Shown in pieces: positions 31,436 through 39,249 of a DNA stretch of 64,000 nt; the stretch's first letter is position 1; each line of letters starts with the position of its first letter. The stretch is from Mogibacterium sp. GTDB taxonomy: Bacteria > Bacillota > Clostridia > Peptostreptococcales > Anaerovoracaceae. The notes beneath the pieces were generated by a model. That model saw only the letters and a list, made by a program, of their open reading frames with translations. It was not told the origin of the DNA and made no database searches. The translations under genes were made by a program, and so were the position numbers. The stretch lies in the NCBI GenBank assembly GCA_024403055.1, contig JAKSSO010000001.1:13478-77477 (forward strand), given 5' to 3'.

Positions 31436-32617
31436 ATGAAAAAGTATTTAGAAGTAAAAGATATTCAAAACATTATTACTGAAGACGGAACGGCTCATTT
31501 GACTTACGATGCGGTGGAAATGAATGATATCATCCATCCGTATTCTGTACCGGGGTATGAATCCTTGTCCGGAAGATTTGTGGGATTCCTTGAGAGGTTT
31601 AGACCGGTTATTCCGAAAAAGACGCCGATCGTACTGGAGATCGCAGGGAAAGACTTCAGCAAGGAAGAAAAAGATATAATTGATAAAGCTATCTGGATGC
31701 ACTATGGCCTTGATCTTTCCGAGGCGGCCGGAAATCTTAAGAAAATGAGGGTGAGGATGCTCATCTATGCCGTTATGGTGATACTGTCTTCCTCGCTGTT
31801 GTTTGTTGCATCGCATATTTCCAATGAGGTCGTTGAAAACTATGCGTACATTCTTTTCTGGTTCTTTGGTTATCGTATCTTGACCCACCTGGTCCTGGAT
31901 TATCAGCCAATCTACAGGGACTATCAATGGTATCGGAGATTAGCGGCGCTGAAACTCTGTTTTGCCGATGAAAATGAGGAGCTTCCGGATGTGGAGTCGA
32001 TTGCAAGGGAAACATCCCGTTATGCCGATGAAGCGGATCTCTTGACGAAAAATGAACGTTTTGTTGAACATGTGTTGATGGACGGATCCAGTGTCTCTCT
32101 CGGATGCAGGATCGATCATGCGGAAGATGTGCTGCGTCCATCCGGCGCAGGAGACCTTGAGATCGTTTCGGATGAAATGGCGGACTACCTCATGAGTGCT
32201 GTTCCGTTTATCAAACAGAAGCCTGTTATAGGACTTACTGTCGAAGCGGGCAGAATTTCAGAAAGCAAGCAGACCCGCATTTCCTCTGCAATAAGAAATT
32301 ATCTTGCTTTCTTAATATCGGCTCAGGACGATGAACGTGAATCAAACAAGGCTGTCAGCATCACGTTTGCCGTAGGTCTGATAATATCTACGCTGGTTCT
32401 GTACATATTCGGCAGCAATGCAGGTCTCGCGACCCATGAATTCATCCTTGTTGCGTTCTGGTTCTTTGCGGATTACCTGCTTGAGTTTACGATTTTAACA
32501 AGAGCGGAAATAAAAAATCAGAAGAAAGCGCTGGAAAAACTGGCAAATATGGATATTTCCTTCGAAGATTACATGACAGACTCGACTAAGGTGTCAGGAA
32601 ATATCGAAATGGAATAA
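31436..32617 (+). CDS. Hypothetical membrane protein built from two tandem ~200-aa repeats (each a soluble domain plus 2 TM)
   Basis: 393 aa. The FWFF motif sits at residues 141-144 and 341-344, and the 13-mer TTCTGGTTCTTTG occurs at 31856 and 32456, exactly 600 nt apart. PIVLEIAGKDFSKEEKD aligns with PVIGLTVEAGRISESKQT. Confidence 0.65.
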   Translation: MKKYLEVKDIQNIITEDGTAHLTYDAVEMNDIIHPYSVPGYESLSGRFVGFLERFRPVIPKKTPIVLEIAGKDFSKEEKDIIDKAIWMHYGLDLSEAAGNLKKMRVRMLIYAVMVILSSSLLFVASHISNEVVENYAYILFWFFGYRILTHLVLDYQPIYRDYQWYRRLAALKLCFADENEELPDVESIARETSRYADEADLLTKNERFVEHVLMDGSSVSLGCRIDHAEDVLRPSGAGDLEIVSDEMADYLMSAVPFIKQKPVIGLTVEAGRISESKQTRISSAIRNYLAFLISAQDDERESNKAVSITFAVGLIISTLVLYIFGSNAGLATHEFILVAFWFFADYLLEFTILTRAEIKNQKKALEKLANMDISFEDYMTDSTKVSGNIEME

Positions 32618-32652
32618 TTAGATTTTGGACTTTATAATATGAAGTATTTTCT

Positions 32653-32690
32653 GTGGTAGCCAGTGTTATCAATGGCTACCACTATTTATT
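32653..32690 (+). terminator. Terminator of the two-gene membrane module
   Basis: GTGGTAGCCA (32653-32662) / TGGCTACCAC (32673-32682) followed by TATTTATT. Confidence 0.65.
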
Positions 32691-32848
32691 GCAATTCAAA
32701 GTGTTCTTGACTTCTGTTGTAGGCAGCAACAAAAAAGTAGAATAGCTAATGCAACAGTTGACACGTAATGGCGATGTCGTTACGATTCAAAAAGAGGTAA
32801 AGACTCCGATGCTGATCCTTCAGAAAATCCCGGAAGAGAATAGGTGAT

Positions 32849-33043
32849 ATGACTATCTTTGACAGAGCCATGGAAAAAGAAAAGAAGGGTATTCCGTATC
32901 TCGCGGTGAAGACTGATTATTCAACATCAGATGCAGCCGAGGAATACATTGAAAAAAGCTATAGAAATGCTTATTTGCATAAATTTGGATTATTGGTAAT
33001 AAGTTCGGGCTTCTGCTATTATGAAGATACAGAAAGGGCGTGA
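32849..33043 (+). pseudogene. Possible remnant of the C-terminus of a 2-hydroxyacyl-CoA-dehydratase/BcrCD-family gene
   Basis: EKEKKGIPYLAVKTDYSTSDAAE resembles the C-terminal LEQAGIKMLSIETDYTDNDASQ of the intact paralog at 34278-35546. There is no upstream body, and the frame closes at 32813-32815. Confidence 0.3.
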
Positions 33044-33082
33044 GCCTAAACAATAATAGTAATTGACACAATCTATCTGACC

Positions 33083-33111
33083 GGCCTTCCGTTATCCTCG
33101 AACGGAAGGCC
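33083..33111. other. Stable hairpin with no U-tract on either strand
   Basis: 11-bp perfect stem GGCCTTCCGTT / AACGGAAGGCC with a 7-nt loop. Confidence 0.5.
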
Positions 33112-33125
33112 ATTGATATATATGG

Positions 33126-33176
33126 GAAAAAAGAGACCTGGGTTTGTTGTTATGACAATAAACCCAGGCTTTTTTA
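33126..33176. terminator. Bidirectional terminator at the 3' end of the activase operon
   Basis: CCTGGGTTT (33137-33145) / AAACCCAGG (33160-33168), A-run upstream and T-run downstream. Confidence 0.75.
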
Positions 33177-33932
33177 TTTTATATCGCGAGCAAAGAGCGC
33201 TGCACCGTAAGCCCCCGCAAATCTGCCATCTTCCATAGGGATGACAGTCTGTCCCAGCTTCTCTGACAACTGCTCCGCAAAATACTCATTGTTGCTGAGA
33301 CCTCCTGTGATGATCACAGTGTCCTGAAGAGACTTACGCTGAACCAGGTTATATACTTTGGATGCAACTGATTCAATTACACCTGCCGCAAGGTCCTCTT
33401 TGGCGCGTCCCTCTCCCATGTAGTTGACGACCTCGGATTCAGCAAATACTGTACACAGAGAACTGATAGGAATAGCTATGCCCGTCCTGGCAAGGTCGAA
33501 GATCTCATCAATTGTAAGGCCAAGTCTGTTAGCCATTACCTCAATAAACTTGCCTGTGCCTGCTGCACACTTGTCATTCATAAGGAAGTCAACCGCTTTA
33601 CCTTTTGTCACGTTGATGAACTTGGTATCCTGTCCTCCGATATCTATGATCGAACAATCCCTGCCGATCATCTCATATCCGCCTTTTCCATGGCAGCTGA
33701 TCTCGGTGATCACCTTATTTGCATATTCAACAGAAATACGACCATAGCCGGTAGCAACGACCATGGCGTCATCAAGACCTCCGAATCTTGCCTCTATATC
33801 ATTTCTAATATTTCCGGCAGTTATCTTGCTGTTCCAGCCTGTAGGAATTACCTCAAAAACAGGCTTCTCTCCATCTCTCAGGATGCAGACTTTGGATGCT
33901 GTTGACCCAATATCAATTCCAATATATTTCAT
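33174..33932 (-). CDS. BcrAD/BadFG/HgdC-type ATPase (activase of 2-hydroxyacyl-CoA-dehydratase / double-cubane-cluster proteins)
   Basis: MKYIGIDIGSTASK actin-fold phosphate-1 motif, IDIGGQDTK, and cluster-bridging Cys region KCAAGTGKF. Confidence 0.9.
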   Translation of the reverse strand: MKYIGIDIGSTASKVCILRDGEKPVFEVIPTGWNSKITAGNIRNDIEARFGGLDDAMVVATGYGRISVEYANKVITEISCHGKGGYEMIGRDCSIIDIGGQDTKFINVTKGKAVDFLMNDKCAAGTGKFIEVMANRLGLTIDEIFDLARTGIAIPISSLCTVFAESEVVNYMGEGRAKEDLAAGVIESVASKVYNLVQRKSLQDTVIITGGLSNNEYFAEQLSEKLGQTVIPMEDGRFAGAYGAALFARDIK

Positions 33933-34187
33933 TTAACCATACCTGTGTCTTGTATTATCGAATGTGTTGTTAAGGGACTCTATTGAAATATAGCTAAGTT
34001 GATTATCATCAGCTATCTGACGGATCCTCTCTACATCTTCTCCAAGGACAAGAAGGGAAACGCCGCAGCATACGCTGAGCTCTCTTGGAGTAGGGGAGAT
34101 GCGAACATTAAGGCCTTCTTTCTTAAGAGCCTGGTACATTGCCATACTCTCTGTGTGATTCTGAAATAGAACATAATAATGTAACAT
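33933..34187 (-). CDS. DUF3343-like small protein (putative Se/S-carrier-like fold)
   Basis: 84 aa. The pattern LF.n...a...e..Lk.eG..vr..PtPRelS..CG..l matches my memory of DUF3343. Its stop abuts the activase start. Confidence 0.55.
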   Translation of the reverse strand: MLHYYVLFQNHTESMAMYQALKKEGLNVRISPTPRELSVCCGVSLLVLGEDVERIRQIADDNQLSYISIESLNNTFDNTRHRYG

Positions 34188-34277
34188 GAATGATTATCTC
34201 CGCTAAAGACAGAGGCTGCCATATACAGGCAGCCTCGCAATGGTCTGATATAAATCCGGCTGATCTGATCGTGCCGA

Positions 34278-35546
34278 TTACTCCAGTGTCTCGATGAATG
34301 CTTCAACTCTTGTCTTGATCTGTGAAGCATCATTGTCTGTATAGTCAGTCTCAATGCTGAGCATCTTGATTCCTGCCTGCTCAAGTCTCTGAGCAAGAGT
34401 ATATCCCTCGATGTCATAAGTCTGACAGAACTTCAGGTGAATGTCAATAACGCCGTCAACGTTGTATTCCTTTGCCAGTCTGATCACATCATCAAATCTG
34501 CCTTCGTTAGGAGTGAAGCATGCACAGTTGATACCCATATATCTATTTGCGATGTTCTGGATCATCTCGTCCATAGTCTTTCCGGACTCGTCAACATTGT
34601 TTTCGAAGTATCTTGTACCTGTGCAGGTTTCCTCGCAAACTACGACGCCGCCGGAAGTCTCGATGATATTGTGCATTTTCCAGTTAGGAATAGCCATTGG
34701 AGTTCCGGAAACCAGAATCCTCTTAGCACCTGGAGCTACATCTACGCCGTCAGCAACTCTCTGCTCCAGTTCGTCGCAGAGAATATTAGTCATCTGAGTA
34801 AATCTCTGAGGGTCATCATAGTAAGCGATCTGTGATACCAGCAGAGTATCTGTTCCGGAGATAGGTGCCTTAGCTGACTTTCTCAGGTCGTACAGTCTCT
34901 TGAGAGCTGTTCTCTTAGCGTTTACGTTCTTGATCCACTGAGCCAGATTCTCTTCGGTTACCTTATTTCCTGTTTCCTTTTCAACAACCTTAATGAGTTC
35001 CTTGATCTCATATGCCCATTTCTCACGGTCAACATCTCTCTTCATCTGAGGGAGATCCATGATGTGCAGCGGTACATCGGTTCCAAGAATTTCGTATGCT
35101 TTCTTCTTGCCGTCGCAAGTATTTTCTCCGATATACATATCTGCGGTTCTATAGAATGGGCAGGTTCTGTCAAAACGAGCTCCGAGCATTGCCTTGATCA
35201 ATGGGCAGGTGTTAGCTGGGAGGTATCTCTCGCCACCAGGTACCCAGAACTGTGAACCCGCACAGAGTCCGGTAGCAATTCCGCCTGCAGCGAAAATAAC
35301 TTCATCAGGTACATACGCACAGAACGTACCGAATACCTTACCGCCGTTCTTCTTGAACTCAATGAGTTCAGCAGGTCTGATACCATGAACGTCTGCAAGA
35401 ACCATGTCGAAGAAGTCCATCTTCTCCGGTCTGTTTTCCTGTGACATAAATACATCTCCAACTGCACCAGGGAGAACTGCGCAGAGCTGATCATGCAGCT
35501 CAAGGTTCATTCCAAGCTCGCCCCACATTTTCTGATTATCTGCCAT
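34278..35546 (-). CDS. 2-hydroxyacyl-CoA-dehydratase-family protein, single-subunit double-cubane-cluster (DCCP)-like
   Basis: Cys-rich HgdAB/BcrBC-family layout (FCAYVPDE, NTCPLIKA, ENTCDGKKK, CEETCTG, INCACF, KFCQTYD). GAGGAGG upstream of ATG 35546. Confidence 0.75.
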   Translation of the reverse strand: MADNQKMWGELGMNLELHDQLCAVLPGAVGDVFMSQENRPEKMDFFDMVLADVHGIRPAELIEFKKNGGKVFGTFCAYVPDEVIFAAGGIATGLCAGSQFWVPGGERYLPANTCPLIKAMLGARFDRTCPFYRTADMYIGENTCDGKKKAYEILGTDVPLHIMDLPQMKRDVDREKWAYEIKELIKVVEKETGNKVTEENLAQWIKNVNAKRTALKRLYDLRKSAKAPISGTDTLLVSQIAYYDDPQRFTQMTNILCDELEQRVADGVDVAPGAKRILVSGTPMAIPNWKMHNIIETSGGVVVCEETCTGTRYFENNVDESGKTMDEMIQNIANRYMGINCACFTPNEGRFDDVIRLAKEYNVDGVIDIHLKFCQTYDIEGYTLAQRLEQAGIKMLSIETDYTDNDASQIKTRVEAFIETLE

Positions 35547-35899
35547 ATCTTTTTCCTCCTCGAAAAAATGATAAAAATGACACATGCCAAGTGCACGTGC
35601 TTATAACTAAACTTTAACATGAGAACTTTATTGCCGTGAAATAATTTAACTTAATAAAAAACGCATGAACTATAGCTTTTATTGATGTGAAAATTAATGG
35701 TGAATGAGTCAATTGATACGGGATCAGCATGAAGCGGTTTTTACTGCAATCCTGATAATTTGTATAGTATAATTAATCAATCAAGAGTTTTTATGGAGTA
35801 CCTGACATGAAGAAGTGTCATTCAACTTCATATAAAACAACCGGTAGGTAAGACATCAGACATTGCATGAGAAATTAAAAGAAATTAGAATTCAAAGCC

Positions 35900-36553
35900 A
35901 TGAAATACTGTCAGGAAAATGAATCAATAAAAAAGTGGAATGACGAGTGGGTACAATATATCCGCAAAGAGCATTCATTCAGGCCGGAGCTTTCATACTG
36001 GGATGAACGTGCTGTTAAATATAGGAAGAAAGATAAGTACGGTCCATATGAGGAAAAAATCTATGAAATGACACGAATAAAATCAGGCGAGCAGTTATTT
36101 GACATGGGATGCGGAGCCGGAACACTTCCCATATTTTTCGCACAAAAGGGACATGATGTATATGGCGCAGACTTTTCGCCGAAAATGCTTGAGTGCATGA
36201 TGGAAGATGTGAAATCTCTTGGGCTTGACTCGTTGGTTCGTCCGATCCTGCTTGACTGGAATGAAGACTGGAACATGAGAGAACTTCCGATGTGCGACAT
36301 TGCAATATGCAGCAGAGCACTAATTTTTGAGGATCTGGATGAATCAATAAGAAAGCTGGAAAGTATAGCTGAAAGGAGAGTGTGTCTTGGGATACTCGAT
36401 GAGATATATGACGACAGACCCGGACAGACTGAAATAATACTTAATTATCTGAAATCAAGAGGCATTGAAACAGAGTTTGAAGAATTGCAATTCAGACCCG
36501 GCAATGAAAGAAGGCTGGATGCAATAGAGACTCTCATTGCCTGGGATAAATAG
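35900..36553 (+). CDS. Class I SAM-dependent methyltransferase
   Basis: Motif I LFDMGCGAGTL and motif II VYGADFSPKML. Confidence 0.8.
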   Translation: MKYCQENESIKKWNDEWVQYIRKEHSFRPELSYWDERAVKYRKKDKYGPYEEKIYEMTRIKSGEQLFDMGCGAGTLPIFFAQKGHDVYGADFSPKMLECMMEDVKSLGLDSLVRPILLDWNEDWNMRELPMCDIAICSRALIFEDLDESIRKLESIAERRVCLGILDEIYDDRPGQTEIILNYLKSRGIETEFEELQFRPGNERRLDAIETLIAWDK

Positions 36554-36565
36554 TCTGCAGTACTG

Positions 36566-37207
36566 CTACTTGAGGATGAAATGATCTTTTTTGAAATCGA
36601 TTATTCCATCCTTTTTCATTTTGCTTAATTCATTGGAAAGTGCACTTCTGTTTACACACAGGAACTGTGCGAACTGTTCCTGCGTCATTCTGGTATTGAA
36701 TTCCTTGCTTCTGTTCCTTTCCGACATAAGATTCAGATACATCAGTATTTTATCCCTGAGTGATTTTTCTGCCAGCATATCTATTTTTCTTTCCATTTTG
36801 ATATTGAACATAGTAAGAGTATGTATCAGAACAGTCAGTAATTCATCGCGGAAAGGAGAGTTGAGTATTGATTCAAGACTGATGAAAACCACAGAGCAGT
36901 TTTCATTTGCAAAATAATCCATATCAGAGGTTTTCTTTCTGGACAAAAGAAACTCAATCGCAAAAAATGAATTTCTGTTATAGATGTCTACAAGATGAAC
37001 ATTCCCATTAAAATATGTTTTTTCAGCCGTTACACTACCGGTTTCAACTATGCACAGTTTATTGATGATGTCGCCTTCATGAAAAACTGATTCTGATTTT
37101 TGGTATTCTTTATGAGTAATATCTAGACTTTCATATGCGGAAATGTATTTGCTTTTATCAAGCTCGCAAAATAATCTGCTGTCTATCACTGCTTCAAGAT
37201 GTTTCAT
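36566..37207 (-). CDS. Crp/Fnr-family transcriptional regulator
   Basis: N-terminal cNMP-binding-like beta-roll and C-terminal HTH (MTQEQFAQFLCVNRSALSNELSKMKKDGII). Visibly AT-rich. Confidence 0.85.
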   Translation of the reverse strand: MKHLEAVIDSRLFCELDKSKYISAYESLDITHKEYQKSESVFHEGDIINKLCIVETGSVTAEKTYFNGNVHLVDIYNRNSFFAIEFLLSRKKTSDMDYFANENCSVVFISLESILNSPFRDELLTVLIHTLTMFNIKMERKIDMLAEKSLRDKILMYLNLMSERNRSKEFNTRMTQEQFAQFLCVNRSALSNELSKMKKDGIIDFKKDHFILK

Positions 37208-37234
37208 GTATGAACCTCGTTTTTTCTGTTTATG

Positions 37235-37253
37235 TTACACATGTTAAGTGTAA
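37235..37253. promoter_or_regulatory. Candidate operator: perfect inverted repeat TTACAC-N7-GTGTAA in the crp / ECF-like divergent region
   Basis: Read directly: TTACAC (37235-37240), ATGTTAA, GTGTAA (37248-37253), lying 28-46 nt upstream of the Crp-family start codon. Confidence 0.3.
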
Positions 37254-37398
37254 TTATCTTTTTCATCCAATAATGTTGTTGAGACAACAATACTACTGTC
37301 TGCTTGTTGTTTCAAGTATATTATTGAACTGTTATTCAAGAGTATACTCAACATCATAACAAAATGATTATTGCTGTGAGTTAAACAGGTGAATAAAT

Positions 37399-37953
37399 AT
37401 GAAGAGGAAAGTAAGCAGTAGAGAATTGGTTTTCATGGCGATATGTGCCACGCTGGGGCTTGTCTGCAAAAGATTTATTGCTCCTCTTACCAATATTCTG
37501 ACTGATTTTATCAGACTTCCTGGCGGAAGTGCTACATCAGCATTTTCGATACTTTTCATTGTAATAGGTGTATCTGTGACAGATTGGAGAATAGCAGGAA
37601 GCATTCTCTGTCTGATACAGGCGATAGTTGCGCTGGGTGTTGGAATGAGCGGAAATCAGGGCCTGTTCGCATTGGTAAGTTTTACTGTTCCGGGAATGGT
37701 TATCGATATACTCAGGCTATTGATAAGAGATAGAGATTCGTTTTACACAATAGTGTCATGTACGCTGGCGAATATAGCAAGTGCTATTGCATCCAATTGC
37801 GTTGTTTTCGGATTCGAAGGCTCTATGCTGGTACTGTGGATACTGGTCGCTGCCGGTTTTGGGATCATCGCAGGAATGATAGGGAATGTGATAATAAGAA
37901 GGATGAATCATCTTCCGGACTTTGTTCAACTGAAATACAAAGTAAACAAGTAA
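37399..37953 (+). CDS. Small polytopic membrane protein, ECF-transporter S-component-like
   Basis: 184 aa with ~5-6 TM. The N-terminal SSRELVFMAICATLGLV is typical of S components. No EcfT or EcfA gene is nearby. Confidence 0.45.
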   Translation: MKRKVSSRELVFMAICATLGLVCKRFIAPLTNILTDFIRLPGGSATSAFSILFIVIGVSVTDWRIAGSILCLIQAIVALGVGMSGNQGLFALVSFTVPGMVIDILRLLIRDRDSFYTIVSCTLANIASAIASNCVVFGFEGSMLVLWILVAAGFGIIAGMIGNVIIRRMNHLPDFVQLKYKVNK

Positions 37954-37974
37954 TATTATTTGAGGAGACTGAGA

Positions 37975-38457
37975 ATGAAAAAGAAAATATTTACTGTTAC
38001 TGTGGCAATCGTGCTTGCCCTGGCTGTTGTCGGGGTGGCAATTCACAAAATTGGACAAAATGAGACAAGTGGCATCGTTCTAATAAGCGAGTCTGAACAG
38101 GTGGAAATTTCTCTGGATGAGCTTACGGTCACTGATTTTTCAGGAACGATAGTAAATGGAAAGGGCGAGACTTTCGAGCATGACTTCAGTGGTATACTTC
38201 TTAGAGATGTTCTCATAAAAAATGGTTTTATTTTGGATCAGACATCTGAAGTAACGGTGACTTCTGCGGACAATTATTCAGCAACTATCCTGGCTGATGA
38301 GATACTCAACTATGACAAGGTGTATATTGCAACTGTTTGTGACGGTGAGCAGGTTGAGGGAATAGAAGGGGATTCATACGGAGCTGAAATCGTGGTTTTC
38401 GGAGATAAAGACAGCCGGAGATGTGTCAGATATTTAATGAAGGTGGAAGTGAAATGA
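37975..38457 (+). CDS. Exported/membrane-anchored protein with Oxidored_molyb-like (YedY/MsrP-type) beta-domain signature
   Basis: N-terminal signal/anchor KKIFTVTVAIVLALAVVGVAI. FSGILLRDVLIKNGF...VTVTSADNYSATI...GAEIVVFGDKDSRRCVRYLMKVEV resembles short Oxidored_molyb domain proteins. GAGGAG upstream of ATG 37975. Confidence 0.4.
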   Translation: MKKKIFTVTVAIVLALAVVGVAIHKIGQNETSGIVLISESEQVEISLDELTVTDFSGTIVNGKGETFEHDFSGILLRDVLIKNGFILDQTSEVTVTSADNYSATILADEILNYDKVYIATVCDGEQVEGIEGDSYGAEIVVFGDKDSRRCVRYLMKVEVK

Positions 38458-38978
38458 AGAAACACATTGTGATCGCTGGTGAGAGACATGTTGGAAAAAC
38501 AAGCCTTGTCAGAAAACTGATCGATGGCTGTAGTGTACCGATATATGGCTTTGAGACACGCTCTACCGATTATGGCCCGGACGGATATCATGGCATATAC
38601 ATGTATGCGGCAGGCAGCACGGATGATAAGCATACCAGGGAAAACCATGTCGGTGATTGCAATAGAAAGGACAGGAGGATCAACCTTGATGTATTTGATG
38701 GTCTTGGTGTAAGATTGCTCGAAGCAAAAACTGATGGGATTATTGTTATGGATGAACTTGGATTCATGGAAGAGGGATCAAAGTACTTCTGTGATCGGGT
38801 CCTGGAATTGCTGGACGGCGATATTCCGGTGATTGCAACTGCAAAATGCGATCATTTTGGTGGCTTTCTGGACAAAGTCAGGAATCATGAGAATGTTCTG
38901 CTGTATACACTGACCGAGGAAAACAGAGATGAAGTGTATGAAGAACTGAGGCCCATTGTTGAAGCAATGATAATGTGA
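38454..38978 (+). CDS. THEP1-type nucleoside-triphosphatase (NTPase_1)
   Basis: GERHVGKTSL Walker A, IYGFETRS, and IVMDELGFME Walker B. ATGA overlap with the upstream gene. Confidence 0.7.
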   Translation: MKKHIVIAGERHVGKTSLVRKLIDGCSVPIYGFETRSTDYGPDGYHGIYMYAAGSTDDKHTRENHVGDCNRKDRRINLDVFDGLGVRLLEAKTDGIIVMDELGFMEEGSKYFCDRVLELLDGDIPVIATAKCDHFGGFLDKVRNHENVLLYTLTEENRDEVYEELRPIVEAMIM

Positions 38979-38992
38979 TGCCGTATAACTAA

Positions 38993-39025
38993 GATGCAGA
39001 AACTATAGTTTCTGCATCATTTTTG
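38993..39025 (+). terminator. Terminator of the ECF-like/NTPase trio
   Basis: GATGCAGAAAC (38993-39003) / GTTTCTGCATC (39008-39018) followed by ATTTTTG. Confidence 0.8.
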
Positions 39026-39045
39026 CTTTTCTTTTTTAACGCTGA

Positions 39046-39162
39046 ATTGCCCTGTTTCTGTATGGAATGAATATCATGGGCGATGGCCTTGAAAAATTGT
39101 CCGGTGGAAGACTGGAAAACATGCTTGAGAAGATGACATCAACAAAGGTGAAACAGAAATAA
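39046..39162 (+). pseudogene. 5' remnant of a Na/Pi-cotransporter-family (PF02690-type) gene
   Basis: The frame reads IALFLYGMNIMGDGLEKLSGGRLENMLEKMTSTKVKQK*, matching the conserved N-terminal LFLYGM..M..GL....G.rL...Le..Ts motif. It then stops after 38 codons. Confidence 0.55.
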
Positions 39163-39249
39163 TAGTTGAATTCTAATAGCTAATGCATTAATATCGGAAA
39201 CATATTAACAATCAATTGATGATCGCGTGAATAGGAAAGAGCTGAAGAA

